Made by a program: the position numbers and the translations under genes. This document shows, piece after piece, positions 1 to 8,923 of a stretch of 64,000 bases of DNA (positions within the stretch are counted from its first letter, which is position 1; every line of letters starts with the position of its first letter). Location of the stretch: assembly GCA_963676565.1 (NCBI GenBank), contig OY781089.1, positions 704,001 through 768,000 on the forward strand, written 5' to 3'. The DNA comes from Halarcobacter sp. GTDB taxonomy: Bacteria > Campylobacterota > Campylobacteria > Campylobacterales > Arcobacteraceae. Below the pieces are notes generated by a model that searched no databases, was not told the DNA's origin, and was given only the letters and a program-made list of their open reading frames with translations.

Positions 1-246
1 TTGATGACAGATCCAGGAACTGAACAAGCAAAGTTAATTGATGAGCATAATGTTGATATTTTATTAGCAGGAGGAAGAAGTTTATATACTGCTATTAAGA
101 AAAAAGTTTCCTTTGTAGATGTTAATCAAGAGAAAAAAGTTAGTTATGGGGCATATGCGGGATTAATTAATCTTGCAAAAGATGTTTCCGATGCAGTAAA
201 CAATAGAGTTTTTAAAATAGTTGCAAATCCAGAGCCTTGGAAATAA
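1..246 (+). CDS. nifE: Nitrogenase FeMo-cofactor scaffold NifE, C-terminal fragment (5' truncated by window edge)
   Basis: DILLAGGRSLYTAIK...FVDVNQE...YGAYAGLINLA...PWK resembles the NifE C-terminus; nifN lies downstream. Confidence 0.85.
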   Translation: MMTDPGTEQAKLIDEHNVDILLAGGRSLYTAIKKKVSFVDVNQEKKVSYGAYAGLINLAKDVSDAVNNRVFKIVANPEPWK

Positions 247-311
247 GCCTTTATCCATAAATACTTTCTTTAAAAGAATCTCGTTATAATTATTCTTTTA
301 AAAGGAAGACC

Positions 312-1337
312 TTGGAAGTCACTAGTGTAAAAAACTATTTTTTCTATTTTGCAAGTTTAGTATTAATATTAGCAGGGATAAAAGCTGCAGCAGAAATAGT
401 GATTATCCTTTTCTTGGCAATTTTTATTGCATCAATTATCTCAACATTTATTATTTTCCTTGAAAAAAAACATATACCAAAGATAATAGCTTATCTTTTT
501 GTATTAGGTGGTTTTGTATTACTTACTATTCTTCTAGGGTATGTTTTAAATATCTCTTTAAAAGATTTTATATCAAATTTACCCCAATATGAAAAACAGC
601 TACAAGCTTTAGTTGTAAAAGGGATTGCCTTTGCTGAAAACTATGGTTATGAGATTGATAAAAATACTATTTTAGATGCTTTAAGTCTTAATTCTTTTTT
701 TGGGATTACAACAAATTTAATTGGTAGTATAGGAACTTTTCTTTCTAAATTTTTATTGATTATTATTGGAATTGCTTTTATTTTAGCAGAAGCTAAATCT
801 TTTGAAAAAAAATTAAAAGTAATTTATGATAGGGATAGAAAAAAATTAGAACACTTTAAACTTTTTTCATCAAATATTCAAAAATACTTCTCTGTTAAAA
901 CAACAACAAGTTTCTTTACGGGCTTTCTTGTAACAATAGTTTTAATGTATTTTGATATTGAGTATCCAATTTTATGGGGTGTAATTGCGATGCTTTTTAA
1001 TTTTGTTCCAGTTGTTGGTTCAATTATTGCAGCAATACCAGCTATTCTTCTATCTTTAGTTGGTGGGGATTTAAATACAACATTAATTTTAATTGTTTTA
1101 TATGTCTGTATCAATGTGGGTATTAGTAACATTATAGAGCCAAAATTTATGGGAAAAGAGTTAGGTCTTTCGCCAATGGTGATTTTCTTCTCACTTATTT
1201 TATGGGGATGGGTTTTAGGACTAGTTGGAATGTTCTTAGCTGTTCCAATTACTATGACATTAAAAATAGCTTTTGATTCAGATAAATCAACTAAATGGAT
1301 ATCTTTATTAATGTCAAATGTTGGAAGTAGAAAATAG
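312..1337 (+). CDS. AI-2E family transporter
   Basis: Multi-TM protein with NFVPVVGS, NIIEPKFMGKELGLSP and WGWVLGLVGMFLAVP motifs. Confidence 0.9.
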   Translation: MEVTSVKNYFFYFASLVLILAGIKAAAEIVIILFLAIFIASIISTFIIFLEKKHIPKIIAYLFVLGGFVLLTILLGYVLNISLKDFISNLPQYEKQLQALVVKGIAFAENYGYEIDKNTILDALSLNSFFGITTNLIGSIGTFLSKFLLIIIGIAFILAEAKSFEKKLKVIYDRDRKKLEHFKLFSSNIQKYFSVKTTTSFFTGFLVTIVLMYFDIEYPILWGVIAMLFNFVPVVGSIIAAIPAILLSLVGGDLNTTLILIVLYVCINVGISNIIEPKFMGKELGLSPMVIFFSLILWGWVLGLVGMFLAVPITMTLKIAFDSDKSTKWISLLMSNVGSRK

Positions 1338-1381
1338 TTTTAATCTTTTTTAACCTTTCTACATAATCTCTCTAGACATAT

Positions 1382-1396
1382 CAATAATAATTATCA
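1382..1396 (+). promoter_or_regulatory. Putative Fur box
   Basis: CAATAAT-A-ATTATCA versus the 7-1-7 consensus TGATAAT-N-ATTATCA. Confidence 0.55.
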
Positions 1397-1433
1397 AAAT
1401 TAGTATATTTTAAGTTTTAAGTCGATAATATTT

Positions 1434-1448
1434 TGATATCTATTATCA
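1434..1448 (+). promoter_or_regulatory. Putative Fur box adjacent to the RBS of a small ORF
   Basis: TGATATC-T-ATTATCA just before AAGGAG. Confidence 0.55.
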
Positions 1449-1461
1449 AAAAGGAGAAGAG

Positions 1462-1632
1462 ATGTCAGAATTATTGATAAAAAGGGAAATAAGAAAGATG
1501 TTGAGAAGTTCGGGACAAGATGTAAATCATAAAATGGTATGTCCTATTCTAAAACTATTTAAAATGAAATATGGAGAAGTTGATAAACAACATATTTCGT
1601 CAATTGCCGTTAAACTTATTAATGAGTATTAA
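1462..1632 (+). CDS. Small hypothetical protein, 56 aa (MSELLIKREIRKMLRSSG...KLINEY), absent from ORF track
   Basis: Strong AAGGAG RBS, ATG at 1462, TAA at 1630-1632, upstream Fur-like boxes. Confidence 0.65.
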   Translation: MSELLIKREIRKMLRSSGQDVNHKMVCPILKLFKMKYGEVDKQHISSIAVKLINEY

Positions 1633-1633
1633 A

Positions 1634-1747
1634 ATGGAAGAAAATGAAAAATTAGATATTAATGTACTTCAGAAAAGATTTAATGAATTAAAAAAAGAAG
1701 TTATTAAGAACACCCAAAATCCATCTTTAATTAATCTTTTTTTGTAA
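1634..1747 (+). CDS. Possible 37 aa peptide (MEENEKLDINVLQKRFNELKKEV...)
   Basis: ATG 1 nt after the previous stop; overlaps the 3' end of exbD on the other strand. Confidence 0.3.
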   Translation: MEENEKLDINVLQKRFNELKKEVIKNTQNPSLINLFL

Positions 1748-2117
1748 CTAAAGATAGATTATTTAAATCATATTTTTGTAGAGTATCAAGTATTTTTACA
1801 ACTCTTTGATACTCTACATTTTTATCAATTCTAACTATTATGGTTCTTTTTTTATTATCAATTTTAGATAACTGTTTATCAAAATCTTCTAAAGAAATCT
1901 CTTCCCCAAACAAAGCTAATTTATCACTGCTTAGTTCTATGAAAATCTCTTTTTCTTTTATCTCTAAAGCTTGTGCCTGTGAACTTGGTAAATCTAAAAC
2001 CAAGGCAAGCTCCTCTTTTTTAAAAACAGAAGATACAATAAAAAAAATCAATAAAATAAAAACAACATCAATTAATGGGGTCAAATCAGGGGTGATTGTT
2101 TCTCTTTTTGTTCTCAT
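1731..2117 (-). CDS. exbD: Biopolymer transporter ExbD
   Basis: DLTPLIDVVFILLIFF TM motif and IRIDK...YQRVVKILD. Confidence 0.9.
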   Translation of the reverse strand: MRTKRETITPDLTPLIDVVFILLIFFIVSSVFKKEELALVLDLPSSQAQALEIKEKEIFIELSSDKLALFGEEISLEDFDKQLSKIDNKKRTIIVRIDKNVEYQRVVKILDTLQKYDLNNLSLVTKKD

Positions 2118-2650
2118 AATTTTGAAATAACTCTCTCTTCAATTTTATGTTCTATATTATCGATAAAACCAACTAAGTAGTTATATCCAATATAATGGGG
2201 GATTGAAACAATTAAACCAGCGACTGTTGTAATAAGTGCAACTGAAATACCTGTTGAGAAAATAGAAGGATCCCCAAGTCCAGATTTAGAAATGGCATCA
2301 AAAGAGTTTAAAACACCAACCACAGTTCCAAGTAATCCTAACAAAGGTGAAATTGAAGCAATTATTTTTACAGTATTTAATCCACTTTCAAGACCACTAA
2401 GATATTTATTTAAAGCATTTTGAATAGTTTTTTCTTCAAATCTTTTATCATTGTTTTCTAACTGTTGTACTATTTTTTGTGCTGTTGCTTCTTTTCTTAG
2501 TTTTGCTATCATTATTATTAAAAACTTCCATAACATAATAGAAAATCCAATAATATTTAATCCAATTAGGATATAAACTATAATCCCACCTCTATTGATG
2601 TAATCTATCAAATTTAATTCATTTACGTGATTTATTAAGCTAATTAACAT
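2114..2650 (-). CDS. exbB: MotA/TolQ/ExbB proton channel protein
   Basis: SPLLGLLGTVVG and GISVALITTVAGL motifs; operon with tonB and exbD. Confidence 0.88.
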   Translation of the reverse strand: MLISLINHVNELNLIDYINRGGIIVYILIGLNIIGFSIMLWKFLIIMIAKLRKEATAQKIVQQLENNDKRFEEKTIQNALNKYLSGLESGLNTVKIIASISPLLGLLGTVVGVLNSFDAISKSGLGDPSIFSTGISVALITTVAGLIVSIPHYIGYNYLVGFIDNIEHKIEERVISKL

Positions 2651-2657
2651 ATTTCTC

Positions 2658-3344
2658 CTATGCTCTTAAAATTTTATAACTTATGGGTATCTCTATTACC
2701 CATTTATTTTTTCCCAATTCATCGGGAATTTGTTCAAACCTTGAAATATTGTTTAAAAGTTCAAGGGCTGCTTTATTTAATTTTTTATATTTTGAACTAT
2801 CTTTTAAAGAGATATTTTTAAAAGTTCCCTCTTTTGTTATTAGGAATGAGACAATAACTCTTCCTTGCTGTTTAAGTCTTTTTGCACTTTTAGGATAGAT
2901 CTTTTTATCCTCAATTAAACTTCTTAATCTATTTAAGTACTTATTTTTAATAACATTAAGCTCTTCAACTGAAACCATCTTCTCAACTTTTTTAGGCTTT
3001 ATAATCTTTTTTGTAACTTGTGGTTGAACTTTTGGAGTTGTTTTTTTTACAACTTTTTTATTGTTTTCTTTCTTTTTTATCTCTTTTTTTACAATTTTCT
3101 TTTTTGTTTTTTTCACAACTTTCTTAAGAACTTTTTGTTTAACAACTTTTTTTACTTCTTTTTTTTGCTCTACTTTTTTCACCTCAGGTTTTTTTAAAAT
3201 CACATTTTGTAGTGAAATCTTTTGTACTGTTTGAGGTTGTGTAACTACGACTTTTTCTATCCTCCTTTCTGTAGATGCAAATAAAGTAAAATGGAGAAAC
3301 AAAATAAAAAATACTGATGTAACCATTAGAAATTTATTTAACAT
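2658..3344 (-). CDS. tonB: Energy transducer TonB
   Basis: N-terminal TM with LH, Lys/Val-rich linker, C-terminal YPKSAKRLKQQGRVIVSF domain. Confidence 0.88.
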   Translation of the reverse strand: MLNKFLMVTSVFFILFLHFTLFASTERRIEKVVVTQPQTVQKISLQNVILKKPEVKKVEQKKEVKKVVKQKVLKKVVKKTKKKIVKKEIKKKENNKKVVKKTTPKVQPQVTKKIIKPKKVEKMVSVEELNVIKNKYLNRLRSLIEDKKIYPKSAKRLKQQGRVIVSFLITKEGTFKNISLKDSSKYKKLNKAALELLNNISRFEQIPDELGKNKWVIEIPISYKILRA

Positions 3345-3365
3345 TTTGGAATTTTATATCAATAT

Positions 3366-3380
3366 TGATAATAGTTATCT
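3366..3380. promoter_or_regulatory. Fur box upstream of tonB
   Basis: TGATAAT-A-GTTATCT. Confidence 0.65.
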
Positions 3381-3407
3381 TAATTGTAATAGAATTTATA
3401 GTATTTT

Positions 3408-3422
3408 CGATAATCATTATCA
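3408..3422. promoter_or_regulatory. Fur box in the divergent tonB/hemP promoter region
   Basis: CGATAAT-C-ATTATCA, containing the canonical GATAATCATTATC. Confidence 0.85.
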
Positions 3423-3499
3423 TTGTTAATATAAAATTAAGATTTTTCTGTTAATATTCCGTTGGTTTTTAATTCAATTTCATTTAATATCGGAGAAAA

Positions 3500-3622
3500 A
3501 TGGGTAAAAATATTGATAGCAAAGAGATTTTTAAAGATAAAAATACAGTAATAATTGTTCATGATGGACAACAATACTATCTACGAATTACAAAATCAAA
3601 CAAATTAATTTTAACTAAATAA
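3500..3622 (+). CDS. hemP: Hemin uptake regulator HemP/HmuP, 40 aa, absent from ORF track
   Basis: GGAG RBS; MGKNIDSKEIFKDKNTVIIVHDGQQYYLRITKSNKLILTK ends in the HemP signature YxLRxTxxxKLILTK. Confidence 0.9.
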   Translation: MGKNIDSKEIFKDKNTVIIVHDGQQYYLRITKSNKLILTK

Positions 3623-3627
3623 AAAAC

Positions 3628-3653
3628 TAGCCAGCCAATCTTAAATAGCCAGC
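3628..3653 (+). repeat. TAGCCAGC direct repeat in the receptor-gene leader (candidate HemP-responsive element)
   Basis: TAGCCAGC at 3628-3635 and 3646-3653, GC-rich within an AT-rich spacer. Confidence 0.7.
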
Positions 3654-3680
3654 AATAATATACACAATATAAGGATAAAT

Positions 3681-5678
3681 ATGGATATTAAGTTATCAAG
3701 ATTAACTGCTGCACTTTTAATTGCACAAGTTTCATTATTGGCAGAAAATACACAACTACAGGATTTAGAGGTGGTTACTTCAGCATTTGATGCACAAGTA
3801 AAATCAGTATCATCAAAACAACTTGAAGAGCAACAAGCAAGTGATATAAAAGATATTTTAAAATCACTTCCTAGTGTTATGGTAGATGGAAATGCTAGAT
3901 ATGGACAAAGGGTTTACGTAAGAGGTTTAGAAGATAAGTATGGAAATATTACTGTTGATGGAGCAAAACTTGGCGGGCAATTATTTCACCATTCAGGGGA
4001 TCAAACAATTGATGCTTCTCTTTTAAAAATCACATCTGTAGAACTTGGACCAAACTCTGCTCTTAGTGGAAGTGGTGTTATAAATGGTTCATTTGTTTAT
4101 GAAACAAAAGACCCAAGTGACTTTTTAAAAGAGGGTGAGAAATTTGGAGGGAAAGTTACTTTAGGATATCAATCTGGATATGAAAGAAAAAGTGGTACAG
4201 TCGCAGTATTTGGTAAGGTAAATGAAAAAATTGAATTTGTAGGAATTGGTACAATAGCTGCAGATGGTACACTAAGACTTGGAAATGGTGAAAAAGTAAA
4301 TTCTAAAGAGAGTAAATTAGAAAGTGGTTTAGCAAAACTTGTTTTTAAACCAAATGATTATAATAGTTTTAAACTATCATTTAATAAATATAAAGATGGT
4401 GGGAATAGACAATTAACTGGTGAAAAGATTGGTACTGATATTAATGATAACGATTATAATTCAATTTCAAGGGATACACTTACATTAAAATATAACTATA
4501 CTCCAGATAGTGAACTTGTAAATTTTGAAGCAAAGGTTTACACCAATAAACAATACCTTACAAGGGAAGCAACAACAGGTACAGATAGTACTTCAGGACT
4601 TACATATGAGGAGCCTGAAAGGGAAGATATAAATAGTTCTATGGGGTATGATTTTAGAAATAGTTCATTACTTGGAATTCATAAACTAACATATGGGACT
4701 GATTATACCCATGAAAAACAAGAGAAAAAAGCAGACTCATTAAGAGTTTATTCTGACTCATCTACAGAAGATTTAAATTTTGATGGAGGAGAAACTGATA
4801 ATTATGGTTTATATCTTGAAGATGAGATGGCTTATGATAAAATAACTTTAACTTTAGGTGCAAGATATGACCACTATAAATTAGGTGGTATTTATGATGG
4901 AACATTTAATCATCTATCTCCTAAAATGAAATTAAAATATCAGGCTACTGATAACTTATCTTTTAGAGCTGGTTATGGGCACATTTTTAAAGGTCCTGCA
5001 CTTAGTGAAACAATGTTGTTGTCTCCAACAGCAGTACAATCATCTAATACTAAAGCTCAAATAGGTAACAACTTTGAACTTGGATTTGATTACTCTTTAA
5101 CGAATACTTTAAATGCTGATGATGCAATTATTGGGTTTAATGTATACAGATATAATGTAGATAACTATTCTACACTTGCAAGAAATAGTGCTTTAGAGAG
5201 TCAAAGTGACGTTATAATTTGGGGAACAGAAACAATGTTTTCTTACCAAAAAGGAAAACTAGGTCTTAATGCAAGTCATACCTATACAGATGGAAGTCAA
5301 AAAGATTTAGCAACTGGGATTAGTTATGACCCAAAAACTGCAAAAATTCATGTATTTAAACTTGGAGCAAACTACAAAGTAACAAATGAATTTAAAGTAA
5401 ATTATAATGCTGAATTTGTACCTGGAAACAGTTGGATAAATTATTCATCAAGAAGTGGTCTTGTAACAGAGTATGATAGAAAAGCTTACGCAGTTCATGA
5501 TGTAAACTTCACATACAATCCAAATAGTATGAAAAACACTACATTTAACTTTGGTATTGGAAATATTTTTGATAAATCATATGTAAGACATAGTGCATTC
5601 CTTGCTCAATCATCAACAACTGACAAATCTTATGAAGTTGGAAGAAATTTTAAATTCCAAGTCTCTTATAGATTCTAA
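3681..5678 (+). CDS. TonB-dependent receptor (heme/iron type)
   Basis: Signal peptide, TonB box (LEVVTS), plug (VYVRG...ELGPNSAL), C-terminal GRNFKFQVSYRF. Confidence 0.9.
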   Translation: MDIKLSRLTAALLIAQVSLLAENTQLQDLEVVTSAFDAQVKSVSSKQLEEQQASDIKDILKSLPSVMVDGNARYGQRVYVRGLEDKYGNITVDGAKLGGQLFHHSGDQTIDASLLKITSVELGPNSALSGSGVINGSFVYETKDPSDFLKEGEKFGGKVTLGYQSGYERKSGTVAVFGKVNEKIEFVGIGTIAADGTLRLGNGEKVNSKESKLESGLAKLVFKPNDYNSFKLSFNKYKDGGNRQLTGEKIGTDINDNDYNSISRDTLTLKYNYTPDSELVNFEAKVYTNKQYLTREATTGTDSTSGLTYEEPEREDINSSMGYDFRNSSLLGIHKLTYGTDYTHEKQEKKADSLRVYSDSSTEDLNFDGGETDNYGLYLEDEMAYDKITLTLGARYDHYKLGGIYDGTFNHLSPKMKLKYQATDNLSFRAGYGHIFKGPALSETMLLSPTAVQSSNTKAQIGNNFELGFDYSLTNTLNADDAIIGFNVYRYNVDNYSTLARNSALESQSDVIIWGTETMFSYQKGKLGLNASHTYTDGSQKDLATGISYDPKTAKIHVFKLGANYKVTNEFKVNYNAEFVPGNSWINYSSRSGLVTEYDRKAYAVHDVNFTYNPNSMKNTTFNFGIGNIFDKSYVRHSAFLAQSSTTDKSYEVGRNFKFQVSYRF

Positions 5679-5693
5679 GAAATTGTACAAAGG

Positions 5694-7787
5694 ATGATAA
5701 TGAACAAAAAAGCAATAATCCTATTTTCTTTATTTAGTAGTCAGATTTTACTTTATGGTGAAAAGTTAGAAGAGGTTTATGTAACAGTTGAACAAGAGTC
5801 TTATTTTGAGAATCTCTCAACAAGTAGTACAAAAAGTGAAAAAAGTGATAACAAAACACCAAGTAGTATTATTGTTACAAAAGAGAATTTAATAAATGAC
5901 ATACAAGCACAAAGAATAGAAGATACATATGACTATACAACTGGTGTAACAAAGGTTGGTAAAAATGCTGATGCTATTATGATTAGAGGATTTGAAACTA
6001 GTCTAGAAAATTTAAAAGTAAATGGAATGTCAGGTTCTATTAGTAGAATGGGTTCTCCCTCAGCCTCAAATGTTGAAAAAATTGAAATTGTAAAGGGACC
6101 AAGTTCTGTATTATATGGTTCAATGGAACCAGGTGGAATGGTTAACATAATTACTAAAAAACCTTATGGAAAAGAATCTTATTCTATTGAAACATCATTT
6201 CAAACATATATGTCTGGTGTATCTTCTTTTGGGGAAGATAAAGGAATAAGTACAAGTTTTGATGCAAATATTCCTCTTGGTGAAAATTTATATTATAGAT
6301 TTATTACTGTATATGAAGATTTAAACTCTTATAGAGACAATGTAGATTTTCAAAATCTATATATCTATCCTAGCTTATTATGGAATGTAAATGATGAAAC
6401 ATCTTTATTAGTTTCAATGGAGTATGGAAAAGAAAAGGGTAGTGCAGATGATGGATTAGCTGTAATTAATCATGATATCTCTACAGCAGCAGCTATAAAT
6501 ACTGTTTATCAAGAAGAGAGTGATTTTGACAACGATGAAGGTTTTTCTCTTGATTTGAGTTTGGATCACTTTTTTAATGATAATTTATACTCAAAGTTTT
6601 CATGGAGAAGTGTACTTCATAATGATGAAAGAAAATTATATGAACAAACTGCCGTAAATTCAACAGCTGAAACTATTAAAAGAAGAAATAGACATCAATA
6701 CAATGAAAGAGATTGGCATAGTTTTGATGCAACATTAACTTATGATAGCAAAATATTAGGTTTAGAAAATAGTTTATTAAGTGGAATTTCTGGAACATAT
6801 AGAAAAACTGATTATGATAGGATTATTCAAGGAAGTAGTAATAATGTATCCCCTGATATTAGTATTTATAATCCAGTTTTAGGGGGAACAGCAGCTTCAA
6901 ATGCAGGGAATAGAAGACTGACAGAATATTATAGTTCAGGGCTTTACTTACAAGATAGTTTATCTTTAAATGAAAACTTAACACTTATTGGTGCTACAAG
7001 GTTTGATAGAACAAAAATTGACTTTATTTGTAAAAGTGGCTCTTGTAATGATGATTCAACAACATATTCTAGTAATGTAACTGGTTCACTTGGATTAATC
7101 TATAATCTAAATAGCATAGTTTCTTTTTATGGAAATATTGCACAAAGTTATAACCCAATAACTGCAGAGAGATTTGATATTAATGGACAAGGTTTAGAAA
7201 CAGAAAAATCAAATCAAATTGAATTGGGAACAAAACTAAATTTTTCAGAAAATCTAAATTCACATTTTGCTGTATATAAAATTCTAAAAGAAAATGTATC
7301 TGAAAAAGTTTCTGGACAAAGCTATTATGAAACAATTGGAGAAATTGAATCAAAAGGGTTTGAGACAGAAGTGCAATGGTTACCTACTAAAAATTGGCAA
7401 TTATCTTTAGGATACGCATATAATGAAGCAGAATACACATCAGGATCTAGCATAGGGAATCAACCAAAAAGTACTCCAAAAAATACTGCACAATTATTTA
7501 CAAGATATATCTTCCCAACAAAGATTTACAATGGTACTTTAGGTGTAACATCGGGAGTGGTTTTTAGAGATTCTATTTATACTAGTTCATCTAAAAATTC
7601 AAGGGTAAAGCTTCCTTCATACACTAGATATGATTTAGGATTAAGTTATACAAAAAGAGATTGGGAATTTAGTTTAAACATTGAAAATTTAACAGATAAA
7701 GTTTACTATGAATCAGGGACAAATGATTATAAAATTCATTCAGGCGAACCTAGAAAATTAACTTTAAGTGTTAGAAAAAGTTTTTAA
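5694..7787 (+). CDS. TonB-dependent siderophore receptor
   Basis: EKIEIVKGPSSVLYG...PGGMVNIITKKP, NLTDKVYY, GEPR...F C-terminus. Confidence 0.92.
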   Translation: MIMNKKAIILFSLFSSQILLYGEKLEEVYVTVEQESYFENLSTSSTKSEKSDNKTPSSIIVTKENLINDIQAQRIEDTYDYTTGVTKVGKNADAIMIRGFETSLENLKVNGMSGSISRMGSPSASNVEKIEIVKGPSSVLYGSMEPGGMVNIITKKPYGKESYSIETSFQTYMSGVSSFGEDKGISTSFDANIPLGENLYYRFITVYEDLNSYRDNVDFQNLYIYPSLLWNVNDETSLLVSMEYGKEKGSADDGLAVINHDISTAAAINTVYQEESDFDNDEGFSLDLSLDHFFNDNLYSKFSWRSVLHNDERKLYEQTAVNSTAETIKRRNRHQYNERDWHSFDATLTYDSKILGLENSLLSGISGTYRKTDYDRIIQGSSNNVSPDISIYNPVLGGTAASNAGNRRLTEYYSSGLYLQDSLSLNENLTLIGATRFDRTKIDFICKSGSCNDDSTTYSSNVTGSLGLIYNLNSIVSFYGNIAQSYNPITAERFDINGQGLETEKSNQIELGTKLNFSENLNSHFAVYKILKENVSEKVSGQSYYETIGEIESKGFETEVQWLPTKNWQLSLGYAYNEAEYTSGSSIGNQPKSTPKNTAQLFTRYIFPTKIYNGTLGVTSGVVFRDSIYTSSSKNSRVKLPSYTRYDLGLSYTKRDWEFSLNIENLTDKVYYESGTNDYKIHSGEPRKLTLSVRKSF

Positions 7788-7798
7788 TAGGGATTTGA

Positions 7799-8890
7799 AT
7801 GTATAAAAAAGTTTGGTTTAAAATTCATTTATATTTAGGTTTAATTGCAGCAGTAATTTTATTTACTGTTGCAATAACAGGGGCAATCTTATCTTTTCAA
7901 AAAGAGATTATTTATTTAATAAATAAAGATAGTTTTGTTGTAAAAGTTGAAGAAAATAAATTAACAGAAAAACAAATACTTGAAAAGTTTCAAGAAAAAT
8001 TTCCAAGTGAAAAAATAAAAGCCTTATCATTTTTTAATGACCCAAAATCTTCTTATATAATAAACGTTGCTATAAAAGGTGCAAAAGGGAAAGCAGCTTT
8101 TAAAGGGAAAAACTATTATGTAAATCCTTATAATATGGAAATACTTCCTTTTGTAAAAGGGGAAGAGACTTTTAAATTTATTGAATTGATTCACAGAGGT
8201 TTAATTGCAGATAAAATTGGGAAACAAATAGTTGGAGTATCTGTAGTATGTTTACTTATTTTAATTGTAAGTGGAATAGTAATATATTGGGATAGGTTGA
8301 AAAAATCTTTTATAAAAAGTATTACGTTTAGTTTTAAATCAAAAAATAGAAAATTGTTATCAACTATGCATAGTTCAGTTGGAATGTGGATTATTCCCTT
8401 TTTATTATTGGCTAGTATTACTGGACTTACTTGGTCATATCCTTATTTTAAAGAAAATTTATTTACTTTATTAGGTGTCGAGAAAACTATAAAAAAAAGA
8501 TTTAAACAGGATATTTCAAATACAAGTAGTTTTAACGATATACAAACCGCTATTTACTTATTTAAAAAAAATATATCAAATTATGATAATGCAAGAATTA
8601 GTTTGATAGAAAATAAAAACGATATCTATACCTTGAGATATATAAAAAATAATCCTATTCATAATAGAGCTAGAAATAGTATTTCAATTGATATAAAGAA
8701 TCAAACAGTCTTAAAACATGAACAGTTTTCAAATCTTCCTTTTAATAAACAACTAACAAAAAGTATTTATCCTTTGCATACTGGTGAATATTTTGGTGTG
8801 ATTGGACAAACCTTGATGTTTCTATCAAGTTTAGCATTAGGCTTACTTTGTGTAACTGGGGTATGGATGTATATAAAAAGAAAATTTTAA
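7799..8890 (+). CDS. PepSY-associated TM helix protein (iron-regulated membrane protein)
   Basis: WFKIHLYLG, LIHRGL, MHSSVG and PLHTG His-containing TM motifs. Confidence 0.88.
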   Translation: MYKKVWFKIHLYLGLIAAVILFTVAITGAILSFQKEIIYLINKDSFVVKVEENKLTEKQILEKFQEKFPSEKIKALSFFNDPKSSYIINVAIKGAKGKAAFKGKNYYVNPYNMEILPFVKGEETFKFIELIHRGLIADKIGKQIVGVSVVCLLILIVSGIVIYWDRLKKSFIKSITFSFKSKNRKLLSTMHSSVGMWIIPFLLLASITGLTWSYPYFKENLFTLLGVEKTIKKRFKQDISNTSSFNDIQTAIYLFKKNISNYDNARISLIENKNDIYTLRYIKNNPIHNRARNSISIDIKNQTVLKHEQFSNLPFNKQLTKSIYPLHTGEYFGVIGQTLMFLSSLALGLLCVTGVWMYIKRKF

Positions 8891-8896
8891 ATATTT

Positions 8897-8922
8897 GTGT
8901 ATCTACTTAAATGTGGATACAC
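8897..8922. terminator. Hairpin between convergent genes
   Basis: GTGTATCTAC-ttaaat-GTGGATACAC. Confidence 0.6.
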
Positions 8923-8923
8923 C

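Noticed and set aside
3000..3200. Low-complexity T-rich tract
   Set aside because: Explained by the Lys/Val-rich TonB linker on the minus strand
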